The notes beneath the pieces are model-generated. The model did not search any database and had not been told where the DNA came from. It worked only from the letters and a program-made list of their open reading frames with translations. A DNA stretch of 60,483 nt, taken from a candidate division WWE3 bacterium (GTDB lineage: Bacteria; Patescibacteriota; WWE3; 2-01-FULL-39-13). Made by a program: the position numbers and the translations under genes. Shown here one piece after another: positions 1 to 7,931 of this stretch; position 1 is the first letter of the stretch, and each line of letters opens with the position of its first letter. The stretch is from positions 1 through 60,483 of the forward strand of contig JALWZX010000035.1 of the NCBI GenBank assembly GCA_027002375.1, given 5' to 3'.

Positions 1-163
1 AAATGTGGGTTTTTGCTAATATAATTATATAACATTGGGTAATCGTTTCCTGTCCTAAACGATGGGGAACGATTTACTCTTTTAATTATATAATATTATT
101 TCGCAACAACTCTATTATATATACCACCGTACGATATATTAGGTGTAAAACTGTTATAGTTAA

Positions 164-189
164 GTGTCGCGCGCTTTAGCGCGCGACAC
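164..189 (+). other. Perfect 11-bp GC-rich stem-loop (GTGTCGCGCGC-TTTA-GCGCGCGACAC) 12 nt upstream of the ORF at 202
   Basis: Read directly from the sequence. It is unusually GC-rich for this AT-rich window, and its CTTTAG loop is the same as in the hairpins of the ~105 bp repeat family. Confidence 0.5.
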
Positions 190-201
190 ACACGCGAGAC
201 A

Positions 202-1185
202 ATGAAAAATAAACGAAAGAAAAAAATAATGAAAAAACATAAGAAACTATCAAAGTTAACAAACAAAAAGCAAGTTTCCCAAGCACTCAAAAGAAACAGC
301 GCAGGAAATGTGCGTAAAGTAAATACACATACTAATGCTAAAAATTCCAAACCAAATAAAAATCGCAAGCAAAAAAGCATGCAAAAAACGTTGTTCCTAC
401 TAATTGTCATAGTTTTTATTGGTGGAGGCATTATTTTATATTATTCAATTAGAAATGTTCAAACTCAAAACCTCGATCCGACAACAGCTGATTCAATAAA
501 TGAACAGCATAACAAAGATAATCAGATGAATAGAAGTGATAACAGCGTTGACGCTGACAACGATACAGACCAACCTGAAAATGACAACGGCTTATCTCAA
601 ACATACAACAATAAAAGTGCAGACAACATAACCATTCCTCAAAATGCGAATTATATAGATTACTTAGGATTAAATTTAGGTACTATACAAGTTGTATATT
701 TCGATGATAAGGCATTGTTACGAATTCCAAATGCACCAGAGAAAGAATATTTATTAACTATTGATGCAACTGACGCAAAAAAATCAACCAAAAGCAAAAC
801 AGATAAACAGATCACTCGTTATATGGTTATAAAACCACATCAAACAATTACCCTTATTAAAGAAGGTGATAGGGTTTCTGTACTATTTAATGGTGACACT
901 GTATTGAGGGGAATCGATAGTGGAAAGACCAAATTAAATGAATTTGTATCGAAAGCAAATGATTTTATCAAGAATTCAGATTGGTTTAAAAATAATTATC
1001 ATGATCTGATCTTAAAATCTATCAAAATAAATAATTCATGCAAAAATGAATGTTATCTGTTTTCGTATGAATATTTAGTACCAATAGAAAAAAACAATTC
1101 TCAAAGTGTAGAGAAATACAGGGTTATTTTATTTGTTAACGACAAGAAAATAAAAGTTTACAGAAAGCCGAAATTAATAGACTGA
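202..1185 (+). CDS. Hypothetical membrane-anchored protein (Lys-rich N-terminus, one TM helix, N/D/Q-rich linker, globular C-terminus)
   Basis: Long ORF with hydrophobic segment LFLLIVIVFIGGGIILYY. No family signature recognised. Confidence 0.5.
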   Translation: MKNKRKKKIMKKHKKLSKLTNKKQVSQALKRNSAGNVRKVNTHTNAKNSKPNKNRKQKSMQKTLFLLIVIVFIGGGIILYYSIRNVQTQNLDPTTADSINEQHNKDNQMNRSDNSVDADNDTDQPENDNGLSQTYNNKSADNITIPQNANYIDYLGLNLGTIQVVYFDDKALLRIPNAPEKEYLLTIDATDAKKSTKSKTDKQITRYMVIKPHQTITLIKEGDRVSVLFNGDTVLRGIDSGKTKLNEFVSKANDFIKNSDWFKNNYHDLILKSIKINNSCKNECYLFSYEYLVPIEKNNSQSVEKYRVILFVNDKKIKVYRKPKLID

Positions 1186-1230
1186 GACTTTTAGTGCCGA
1201 ACCCATGGGTTTCTCATCGATAATTATTAT
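1186..1230 (+). repeat. Possible degenerate half-copy of the ~105 bp double-hairpin repeat
   Basis: ACCCATGGGTTTCTCATCGATAATTATTAT aligns by eye with AGCCCGTGGTTTCTTATCGTCAATTACTAT of copy C (about 26/31 with one gap). It sits directly after a stop codon, like copies B and C. Confidence 0.3.
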
Positions 1231-1316
1231 ATGATTAACTCTATTTACGTTACGTATTAAGGTGCGTGTTTTGAGTTTTGCAATAAAGCAATAGAACCTA
1301 AACTGCCTAACAACAA

Positions 1317-1916
1317 TCACTGCCTTTGATATTTTCCCATGTATTCAGCAGTAGAAACTATGCTGTTTTGCATTTGTTTCTCAATTTCGCCACGTGTAGA
1401 CCCGTCTGGCAAATCCAAGGTTTTATCTAAGGCGTATAACCTGAAAAAATATCTATGAATTCCACCTGGAGGGCATGGACCGTTATACTGTACTTTGCCA
1501 AAGTCGTTCAATCCCTTTTTAGCTTCAGCTGGTACGCTATTTTCATTTATCCGAGTTGTTTCCGGACTTATATTAAATAATATCCAGTGTGTAAATGTTC
1601 CGACTGGTGCATCTGGGTCATCAACAATTAAGACCAAACTATTCGTTTCTTCTGGTACATTTTGAAATATTAGTTCTGGGTTCATATTCTCACCGTCGCA
1701 TGTATATTTAGGTGATATGAGTTCCCCGTAATTAAAATTAGGTGATGATATTGTCAATGCCATAGTTTTCTTATTAGAATTATCTAAACTATTATTTATT
1801 TGTTGGGAATTCACAGTACTATCTGTTGGCATTTTGCTATTTTGATAGTACTTCCAAATTACAAAAAGCACTAAAAGTATACTTAATGTTAAGAAAATTA
1901 ATTGATACAGTTTCAT
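1317..1916 (-). CDS. PEBP (YbhB/YbcL, Raf-kinase-inhibitor-like) family protein with N-terminal membrane anchor
   Basis: Signature DDPDAP...THW...GPCPPGG.HRY.F.LYALD. The N-terminal hydrophobic helix is LIFLTLSILLVLFVIW. Confidence 0.8.
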   Translation of the reverse strand: MKLYQLIFLTLSILLVLFVIWKYYQNSKMPTDSTVNSQQINNSLDNSNKKTMALTISSPNFNYGELISPKYTCDGENMNPELIFQNVPEETNSLVLIVDDPDAPVGTFTHWILFNISPETTRINENSVPAEAKKGLNDFGKVQYNGPCPPGGIHRYFFRLYALDKTLDLPDGSTRGEIEKQMQNSIVSTAEYMGKYQRQ

Positions 1917-1951
1917 TTAAGATATTATATGTATGCTATTTATACAGTGAT

Positions 1952-2536
1952 CTAGGCAAAGTGAAACAATCGGCTTAAATATGTTGTAATTTTGTCTAAG
2001 TATGTCTCATCTGGAGTGTCTATAATAGAAAGATATTGATTTACAACGTTTCTAATTTTATCTTTTAGTGTCTTATCTGGAAGTATAAGATACAAGCGAC
2101 CAGGAAATTTTTCTACTGTATCGAAGACAAGAAAATCCACGCCATCTCGTTTATAGAAAAAGAAATCTACAAGTTCGCTCCACTCGTATGTTCTTTCAGA
2201 TGCATACTTTACGCCGTTTGTCGTTATCTTGTGTGTAACAGTTCGTGGTGGAATCGATGTAAATACATACACAACAAAGAAGAATAGTCCCATAAATAGT
2301 ATTAACCAAAAGTCCTTAATGATTAAAAACAATAATGAGAAAAATATTAGAATAACTGCTACGCGTCTATAAAAATCTCTGGACTTTTTCTTAAATGGTC
2401 TATCTGGTGCATGCCATTCTATTAGTACCACAGAAGGCTTACGTATAATTGTACCCTTTACAGATTCTGATGATTTATTAGTTTCGGAATTCTGAGCGTT
2501 GTCTTTTGTTGGCAAAAGATATTCTTTTACATTCAT
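1952..2536 (-). CDS. Hypothetical membrane protein (two adjacent TM helices plus a soluble C-terminal domain)
   Basis: ORF with hydrophobic stretches VAVILIFFSLLFLII and LILFMGLFFFVVYVF. No family recognised. Confidence 0.5.
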   Translation of the reverse strand: MNVKEYLLPTKDNAQNSETNKSSESVKGTIIRKPSVVLIEWHAPDRPFKKKSRDFYRRVAVILIFFSLLFLIIKDFWLILFMGLFFFVVYVFTSIPPRTVTHKITTNGVKYASERTYEWSELVDFFFYKRDGVDFLVFDTVEKFPGRLYLILPDKTLKDKIRNVVNQYLSIIDTPDETYLDKITTYLSRLFHFA

Positions 2537-2634
2537 TGTATTTAGATTGTATCATAATCAATAAATATTGTGCATTTTTAAATTGTCGTTAATTACATTA
2601 GACTAACACAATACATTCATTCATCAGTACATAT

Positions 2635-3201
2635 TTAAATCTGCGATTTATAAAGTTGCGTATGAGCCGCGTCAGAAACAGCTATAATATATGCAAAGCC
2701 TGTAATATCATCGTAGTCAATTATATTTAAAGATGTGTTATGTATAACAAAGTGAGTAAACACATCGGGATCACCATCTGCAAGTATTTTTGTTAATAAA
2801 ACGCGTATCCAATTTCCGTGAGTAAATACAATTACCTCTTGGTTCGGATGCCTTTTACAAACTTTTGTAAATGTTTTATAGACATGTTCTGTTGCTCTAG
2901 AAAAATCTTTTAAAGTTGCATGTTGTGTAATTGTGCCGGGTTGTGGCCAGTTTTCATTACCCACTTCGTTAAAGGCTGAGCTATACACAACTGTGTTATG
3001 ATGGTAGTCATTTACAATTTGACATGTATCAATAGCGCGCTTTACTCTACTGCAATACATTGCATCAAAGGTATTGTCTTTCAACCTTTTTGCTAACTGT
3101 AATGCTTGAATTCTCCCGAAATTGTTGAGCGGGTAATTTTCTAGTTGTATTCCTTGTTCGTCGTAAGCATCACCATGCCTAACAAAATATAATCTAGTCA
3201 T
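2635..3201 (-). CDS. Histidine phosphatase (phosphoglycerate-mutase-like) family protein
   Basis: N-terminal LYFVRHGDA (catalytic RHG) and a later FTHGNWIR motif. Adjacent to pgk. Confidence 0.75.
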   Translation of the reverse strand: MTRLYFVRHGDAYDEQGIQLENYPLNNFGRIQALQLAKRLKDNTFDAMYCSRVKRAIDTCQIVNDYHHNTVVYSSAFNEVGNENWPQPGTITQHATLKDFSRATEHVYKTFTKVCKRHPNQEVIVFTHGNWIRVLLTKILADGDPDVFTHFVIHNTSLNIIDYDDITGFAYIIAVSDAAHTQLYKSQI

Positions 3202-3222
3202 AATACAATGTTATCATATTTC

Positions 3223-4281
3223 TTAATCATCTTTTATTAAGTATTTCATTACTGGTAATTCTTCTCCGCCTAAAAAATTTAAAGTTGCACCACCAGCCAA
3301 AGAAATAAAATCGAAACCGTTTTCTAATCCTAACTTATAAACAGCATCTGAAGTATCACCACCGCCTACGACCGTATAACCATCTTCAATGTTAGCTATT
3401 GCTTTGCCTATTTCTATTGTTCCTTTTGCACTGTCTAGATTTTCAAAATACCCCATTGGGCCAGCCCAAATGACAGTTCTTGCTTGTTGTAAAATACTCA
3501 CGAAAATTTCAATAGACTCATCACTAATGTCCAAGGTGTCATTTCTTAAAGTTGCGACTTTAACACTTTGTTCATGCTTAAAATTCTCGACAGATGGGTC
3601 TAACGGTAACTTTCCACCAACCAATATTGTATCTGCTTTTCCTAAAAATCTATCTATTATCTTAACCTTATCTTCAGCCTTCACGCCACCTACGACTAAA
3701 ACAAATGGGTGTTGCTTGCTATTTAACGCTTTTTCTAGTGATTCAACTTCTTTTTCAAAATACAACCCGGCGACAGATGGTAACGATCTCAACACACCAG
3801 TAGTAGATGCTTCATCTCTGTGTGCACCAGCAAAATTGTCGAATACAGCAATATCGTAGTACTTTGTTAGATCACTTATAAAATTCTCATCATTTTCTTT
3901 TTCTTCAGCATAAAATCTAGAATTTTCTAACATGATAATTTCCCCATTAGACATTTCTTTTACAGCATTCTCAACAGACACACCAATACAGTCAGAAACA
4001 TGTTTGACTTCCTTACCTAGTAATTTTGTCAATTCTTTTGCATGTGGAATTGTACGCCATTTTTCTACAATCTCACCATTTGGACGTTTGACCCACGTTA
4101 GAATTACTATTTTACAGTTTTGTTCTAATAAATATTTAATCGAAGGAACTGTTGCTCGTATTCTATAATTATCTTTTAGTACAATTCTGCCATCGATTTC
4201 CTTAGTATCAATATCGTAAGGAGCACAATACAAAACTGTTTTATTTTTTATGTTTGTGTCGTGAAGATTTTTAAATTCCAT
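3223..4281 (-). CDS. pgk: Phosphoglycerate kinase
   Basis: Motifs MLENSRFYAEEKEND, FDNFAGAHR and VVGGGDT. The track start at 4308 is TTG; the ATG at 4281 (MEFKNL...) gives a typical PGK N-terminus. Confidence 0.9.
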   Translation of the reverse strand: MEFKNLHDTNIKNKTVLYCAPYDIDTKEIDGRIVLKDNYRIRATVPSIKYLLEQNCKIVILTWVKRPNGEIVEKWRTIPHAKELTKLLGKEVKHVSDCIGVSVENAVKEMSNGEIIMLENSRFYAEEKENDENFISDLTKYYDIAVFDNFAGAHRDEASTTGVLRSLPSVAGLYFEKEVESLEKALNSKQHPFVLVVGGVKAEDKVKIIDRFLGKADTILVGGKLPLDPSVENFKHEQSVKVATLRNDTLDISDESIEIFVSILQQARTVIWAGPMGYFENLDSAKGTIEIGKAIANIEDGYTVVGGGDTSDAVYKLGLENGFDFISLAGGATLNFLGGEELPVMKYLIKDD

Positions 4282-4465
4282 ATATAAATAATAACACGAA
4301 ATCAACAATATTTTCTAATTTAGCATTGTATTTCGTTGCTTTCATTAGCATAAGTTTCTTTAGATTACAAAACCCATCGGTTGAACTAAAAAATGAAATA
4401 CTACGTTTTTATGTAGTTGAACGGTAAATTATCAATTCAGGGCAATTTATACTATAATTTACTTA

Positions 4466-5077
4466 ATGATAAATGAATCAATATTAAAAAAAGATTTTAC
4501 AGAAATAAAAGATTTCTTTAGTGAAGAAACCAAAAATCACGCACTAATACGATTCTTTCTGCTAATACTATTTGTAATTGCATATTTCTTGTTCGAAACA
4601 TATAAATTAGGGTTAGACAAAGGTTTTCTCGTTTCGCTTCTAACATGGGCGTTCTTTGTGTTATGTACACCGATTGCAGATGCAGGCTTTTTATTAGCAT
4701 TTCCAATAAGATTATTAATGGGAATTCGAATGGTCTATACGCAAATATTTGCATATATACTGGCTGTGATATTGGTAGCATATACGTTTATGTACAGTTC
4801 ACAAATGTTCAGCGAAACAGTGTTGCTAAAATTATTCAAGCAAATATTAACCACACCATATCCATATTGGGCAATACTAATAATCTCGTTTATTGGAACA
4901 ATCTTTTCAATTGTGTTTGGTGATGAATTAATAGATGTCAGTACACACAAAGAAAGAAAAAAGTATCACAAACACAAGAAAAAATACAGGATGATAGCAA
5001 CTATTTTTATGGTTGTAATGACAATCACACTGTATTACTTTTTAATAAATCAAATAGGTGTGCAATTATTCATTTAA
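4466..5077 (+). CDS. Hypothetical polytopic membrane protein
   Basis: About 5-6 hydrophobic helices and a Lys-rich loop (HKERKKYHKHKKKYR). No family recognised. Confidence 0.5.
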   Translation: MINESILKKDFTEIKDFFSEETKNHALIRFFLLILFVIAYFLFETYKLGLDKGFLVSLLTWAFFVLCTPIADAGFLLAFPIRLLMGIRMVYTQIFAYILAVILVAYTFMYSSQMFSETVLLKLFKQILTTPYPYWAILIISFIGTIFSIVFGDELIDVSTHKERKKYHKHKKKYRMIATIFMVVMTITLYYFLINQIGVQLFI

Positions 5078-5545
5078 AGAGATTTCGCTCTTAAGCTTTA
5101 CCGAATCGAACCCGGATCCATAATCACCGTATTTAATGCCGAATTGAAAATTCCAAGGATCTAAGGTTATATGCTTTCCATCTTTAAGTTTAATAACCAA
5201 ATATTGATGTGGAAAAACATACCACGTATTAGTTAATTTAAGCTGAATATCATCATCAGCAAACATACCACTCTTAACAGCCATGACACGTAGCAAATAA
5301 TTCATGGTTGTACAATGAAGATAACCTTTTGTATTTAAAATTTTAGCTATATCGGTTTCAAATAATCTGCTGAAATTTAAAAACAAAGACATTTTGTTTC
5401 CACCCCATCTCTTAACAATAAAGAAAAACGATTTTTTCAAAAATTCATTTTGATTTGCACCTTCTGAGAAATTTCTTATTGTTTTTTCGAATTGCACGGG
5501 TATATTGTCTGGTATTCTACTTTTTTTTAACAAGTTTGGAATCAT
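5066..5545 (-). CDS. Hypothetical protein, possibly transglutaminase-like cysteine protease fold
   Basis: Candidate Cys-His-Asp arrangement (GYLHCTT ... PHQYLVIKL ... TLDPW). Weak motif-level call. Confidence 0.4.
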   Translation of the reverse strand: MIPNLLKKSRIPDNIPVQFEKTIRNFSEGANQNEFLKKSFFFIVKRWGGNKMSLFLNFSRLFETDIAKILNTKGYLHCTTMNYLLRVMAVKSGMFADDDIQLKLTNTWYVFPHQYLVIKLKDGKHITLDPWNFQFGIKYGDYGSGFDSVKLKSEISLNE

Positions 5546-5588
5546 AATGATTATTCTACACTGTATTTACATAGGTATAAAACTATTT

Positions 5589-6221
5589 TTAGGGGTTGTT
5601 TGAATTATTTTTACTATAAAAACTTTTAATTTCTTGTGTATAGATATCTAACGGTTTAATATTCATAGCAGATCTTCTTTTATCAACGTTTCTTTTGTCC
5701 TTAATCGGTAGTGGTTCCATATCATCGTTATCTAAAAACCTAAATTGAGTTCCATATAATTGTTTCTTACCAAGAGTTACTAAAAGCTTATCTTCTAAAA
5801 ACGCTATATGCTGTATATCAATTTCTTTAGGGTTTTCCTTTTTTAATAGTTCTAAACATCGTTCTTGAAATTCAACATCATGAGTTGAATGTTGCGCAAT
5901 AAGCCATGCGGAGCGCTCCCCTTCAACACCAACTTTAGAAATGTTTGGCCAGCCTATGTCGTCAATTATCGCTCTTAGCGATTCTGTATTTGCTTTTAAT
6001 TGTTTCTTTATGAGGGAATTTAATCTCTTATCATCTCTTTTATTATCGCCGAACTTAAAACCACGCACTTTTAGTGCGGGGATGAAGTTAGCCAATATGG
6101 TAATTGGCGATAAGAAACCACGGGCTTTAGCCCGTGGAGTTTCATTATTCTTCTGCAATACAAGAAATTGGTCCTTCTTCGCCATTTCAATCAGTTGCTT
6201 AGAAATTTTTGGATATTTCAT
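5589..6221 (-). CDS. Conserved hypothetical (DUF6624-like: GWP...AWLIAQH...LYGTQF) carrying an in-frame copy of the ~105 bp repeat
   Basis: ORF is intact. Residues ETPRAKARGFLSPITILANFIPALKVRGFKFGDNK are encoded by repeat copy A. Confidence 0.55.
   Translation of the reverse strand: MKYPKISKQLIEMAKKDQFLVLQKNNETPRAKARGFLSPITILANFIPALKVRGFKFGDNKRDDKRLNSLIKKQLKANTESLRAIIDDIGWPNISKVGVEGERSAWLIAQHSTHDVEFQERCLELLKKENPKEIDIQHIAFLEDKLLVTLGKKQLYGTQFRFLDNDDMEPLPIKDKRNVDKRRSAMNIKPLDIYTQEIKSFYSKNNSNNP
6040..6145 (-). repeat. Double-hairpin ~105 bp repeat, copy A (inside the CDS 5589..6221, in frame)
   Basis: The reverse complement aligns nearly base-for-base with copy C. Hairpins: CCACGGGC-TTTA-GCCCGTGG (6118-6137) and CCACGCAC-TTTTA-GTGCGGGG (6061-6081). 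Confidence 0.85.
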
Positions 6222-6251
6222 TTCAATATTATTAAATGCACACTTTAGAAA

Positions 6252-6536
6252 TCATACCCCTCTATAATGCGATTCTAAAACGTCAAAGCAGAATACTGGC
6301 CACGGGTGATTTGCCTTTACATAATCGTAAAGCTCATCAACCTTATCTGATTCTACACGGCATCTTAAAATCACAACATCTGACCCCTCTACTGTTTCTT
6401 CTTTCCAGTATTGAAAGACGTCAGAGTAGACCCTAACAACAACAACTAGATCTTTTTCTAGCAGTTTCTTTGCCATAGTTTCTGCTTGTTTCTTATCTTC
6501 TAAGGGGAATTCCACAATTGATAATATGTTAGCCAT
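6252..6536 (-). CDS. CutA-like divalent-cation tolerance family protein (short)
   Basis: About 94 aa with a pattern resembling CutA1 (A..AK.L.E..LV..V...S.YWKE, then HPWP near the C-terminus). Moderate confidence. Confidence 0.45.
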   Translation of the reverse strand: MANILSIVEFPLEDKKQAETMAKKLLEKDLVVVVRVYSDVFQYWKEETVEGSDVVILRCRVESDKVDELYDYVKANHPWPVFCFDVLESHYRGV

Positions 6537-6730
6537 AGTAATTAAATTAACTAAATATACTGATTTAAATATAAGTTATCTTTGATTCATTGTCGGTATA
6601 CGTAATTGCTTGCACTGACTTTTACATTATCATTATTAAACTATTAACATAATTTATCAAGTGTAGGTGCATACACTAAATTATAACTATGGTTGTGACC
6701 AAACGTTATTACATACGTTGTAATAAGGTG

Positions 6731-7924
6731 ATGGGCTTTAAGTTTTCGAAAGATAAAAAAACAATAGCAATTTTATTTGGTGGAATTTCAACGGAACATG
6801 AAGTTTCAGTGATTACTGGGTTGCAAGTTTTAAATAATATTAATAGAGATAAATACAACGTAATTCCAATATATGTTTCTAAAAGCGGTGTCTGGCTTAC
6901 TGGTAATCATTTAGCAACTACCGAAACTTACGCGAACTTAGATGAAATTCCCCTTAAAAGTGCCAAAGTGAATTTTGATTTAAATCAACCCAAATACATT
7001 TCAGTTAAATCAGGTTTATTCAATAGAAATATTAAAATCGATACAGCTATTTTGTGTTTTCATGGTGGTAGTGGTGAAAACGGTTCAGTGCAAGGCATGC
7101 TTGAGTTGATGCAAATTCCCTATACAGGTGCTGGTGTTTTAGGGTCATCAATAGGTATAGATAAAGTTTTGATGAAAGAGATTCTCATACAAAATGATAT
7201 CTTTGTAGTTAAGCATTTATATTTTTATGATTATAAGTGGAATTCAAATCAGCAAGAGGTAATAAGAGAATGTGAAGCAGAATTACAATATCCAATGTTC
7301 GTTAAACCTGCGTCTTCTGGTTCGAGTATCGGAATTACAAAGGTTAAAAACGCAAAAGAACTAGTAAATGCAATTAATGTAGCTTTTCAGTTTGATGAGA
7401 AAATTATAATTGAGCAGGGTATTGAGGGTTATAAAGAAATAAACATATCTGTTTTTGAAGATGCCAACGGCAATTTAAAGGTTTCAGAAATTGAAGAAGT
7501 TTTTTCTTCTAACGAATTTCTAAATTATGATGACAAATACAAATCTAGTGGTACCAAATCTCAGGGAATGGCATCAACGAAAAGAGAGATTCCAGCACAG
7601 ATTTCCCCTAAAACAAAAAGCTTAATAGAAGACATAGGCAGAAAAACATTTAAAATCTTAAACGCAAACGGATTAGCTCGAATCGACTTTTTGGTAAATG
7701 AGAAATTAAATAAATATTATGTAATAGAAATAAATACAATCCCAGGAAGTCTAAGCTTTTATTTATGGAAGCCTAAAGGAGTATCGTTTACAAGTTTAAT
7801 CGATAAAATGGTTGAATCGGCAATTGCGAGATATGACAAACAATCCAAAAAGGTTAGTAGGTTTAACAGTAATATTTTGCAAAATTTTGATGCATCGCTA
7901 AAAGCGCCAAAAGTTGGTGGGTGA
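6731..7924 (+). CDS. ddl: D-alanine--D-alanine ligase
   Basis: KTIAILFGGISTEHEVSVITG, the ATP-grasp core and EINTIPG. Start set to ATG 6731 (MGFKFSKDKK...); the track start at 6689 adds 14 atypical residues. Confidence 0.9.
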   Translation: MGFKFSKDKKTIAILFGGISTEHEVSVITGLQVLNNINRDKYNVIPIYVSKSGVWLTGNHLATTETYANLDEIPLKSAKVNFDLNQPKYISVKSGLFNRNIKIDTAILCFHGGSGENGSVQGMLELMQIPYTGAGVLGSSIGIDKVLMKEILIQNDIFVVKHLYFYDYKWNSNQQEVIRECEAELQYPMFVKPASSGSSIGITKVKNAKELVNAINVAFQFDEKIIIEQGIEGYKEINISVFEDANGNLKVSEIEEVFSSNEFLNYDDKYKSSGTKSQGMASTKREIPAQISPKTKSLIEDIGRKTFKILNANGLARIDFLVNEKLNKYYVIEINTIPGSLSFYLWKPKGVSFTSLIDKMVESAIARYDKQSKKVSRFNSNILQNFDASLKAPKVGG

Positions 7925-7931
7925 TATGCTT

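Noticed and set aside
3389-4168. Plus-strand ORFs 3389..3859 (156 aa) and 3932..4168 (78 aa)
   Set aside because: They lie entirely antisense within the well-supported pgk gene. Their composition is low-complexity, Ser/Leu/Thr-rich and typical of shadow ORFs, with no motifs.
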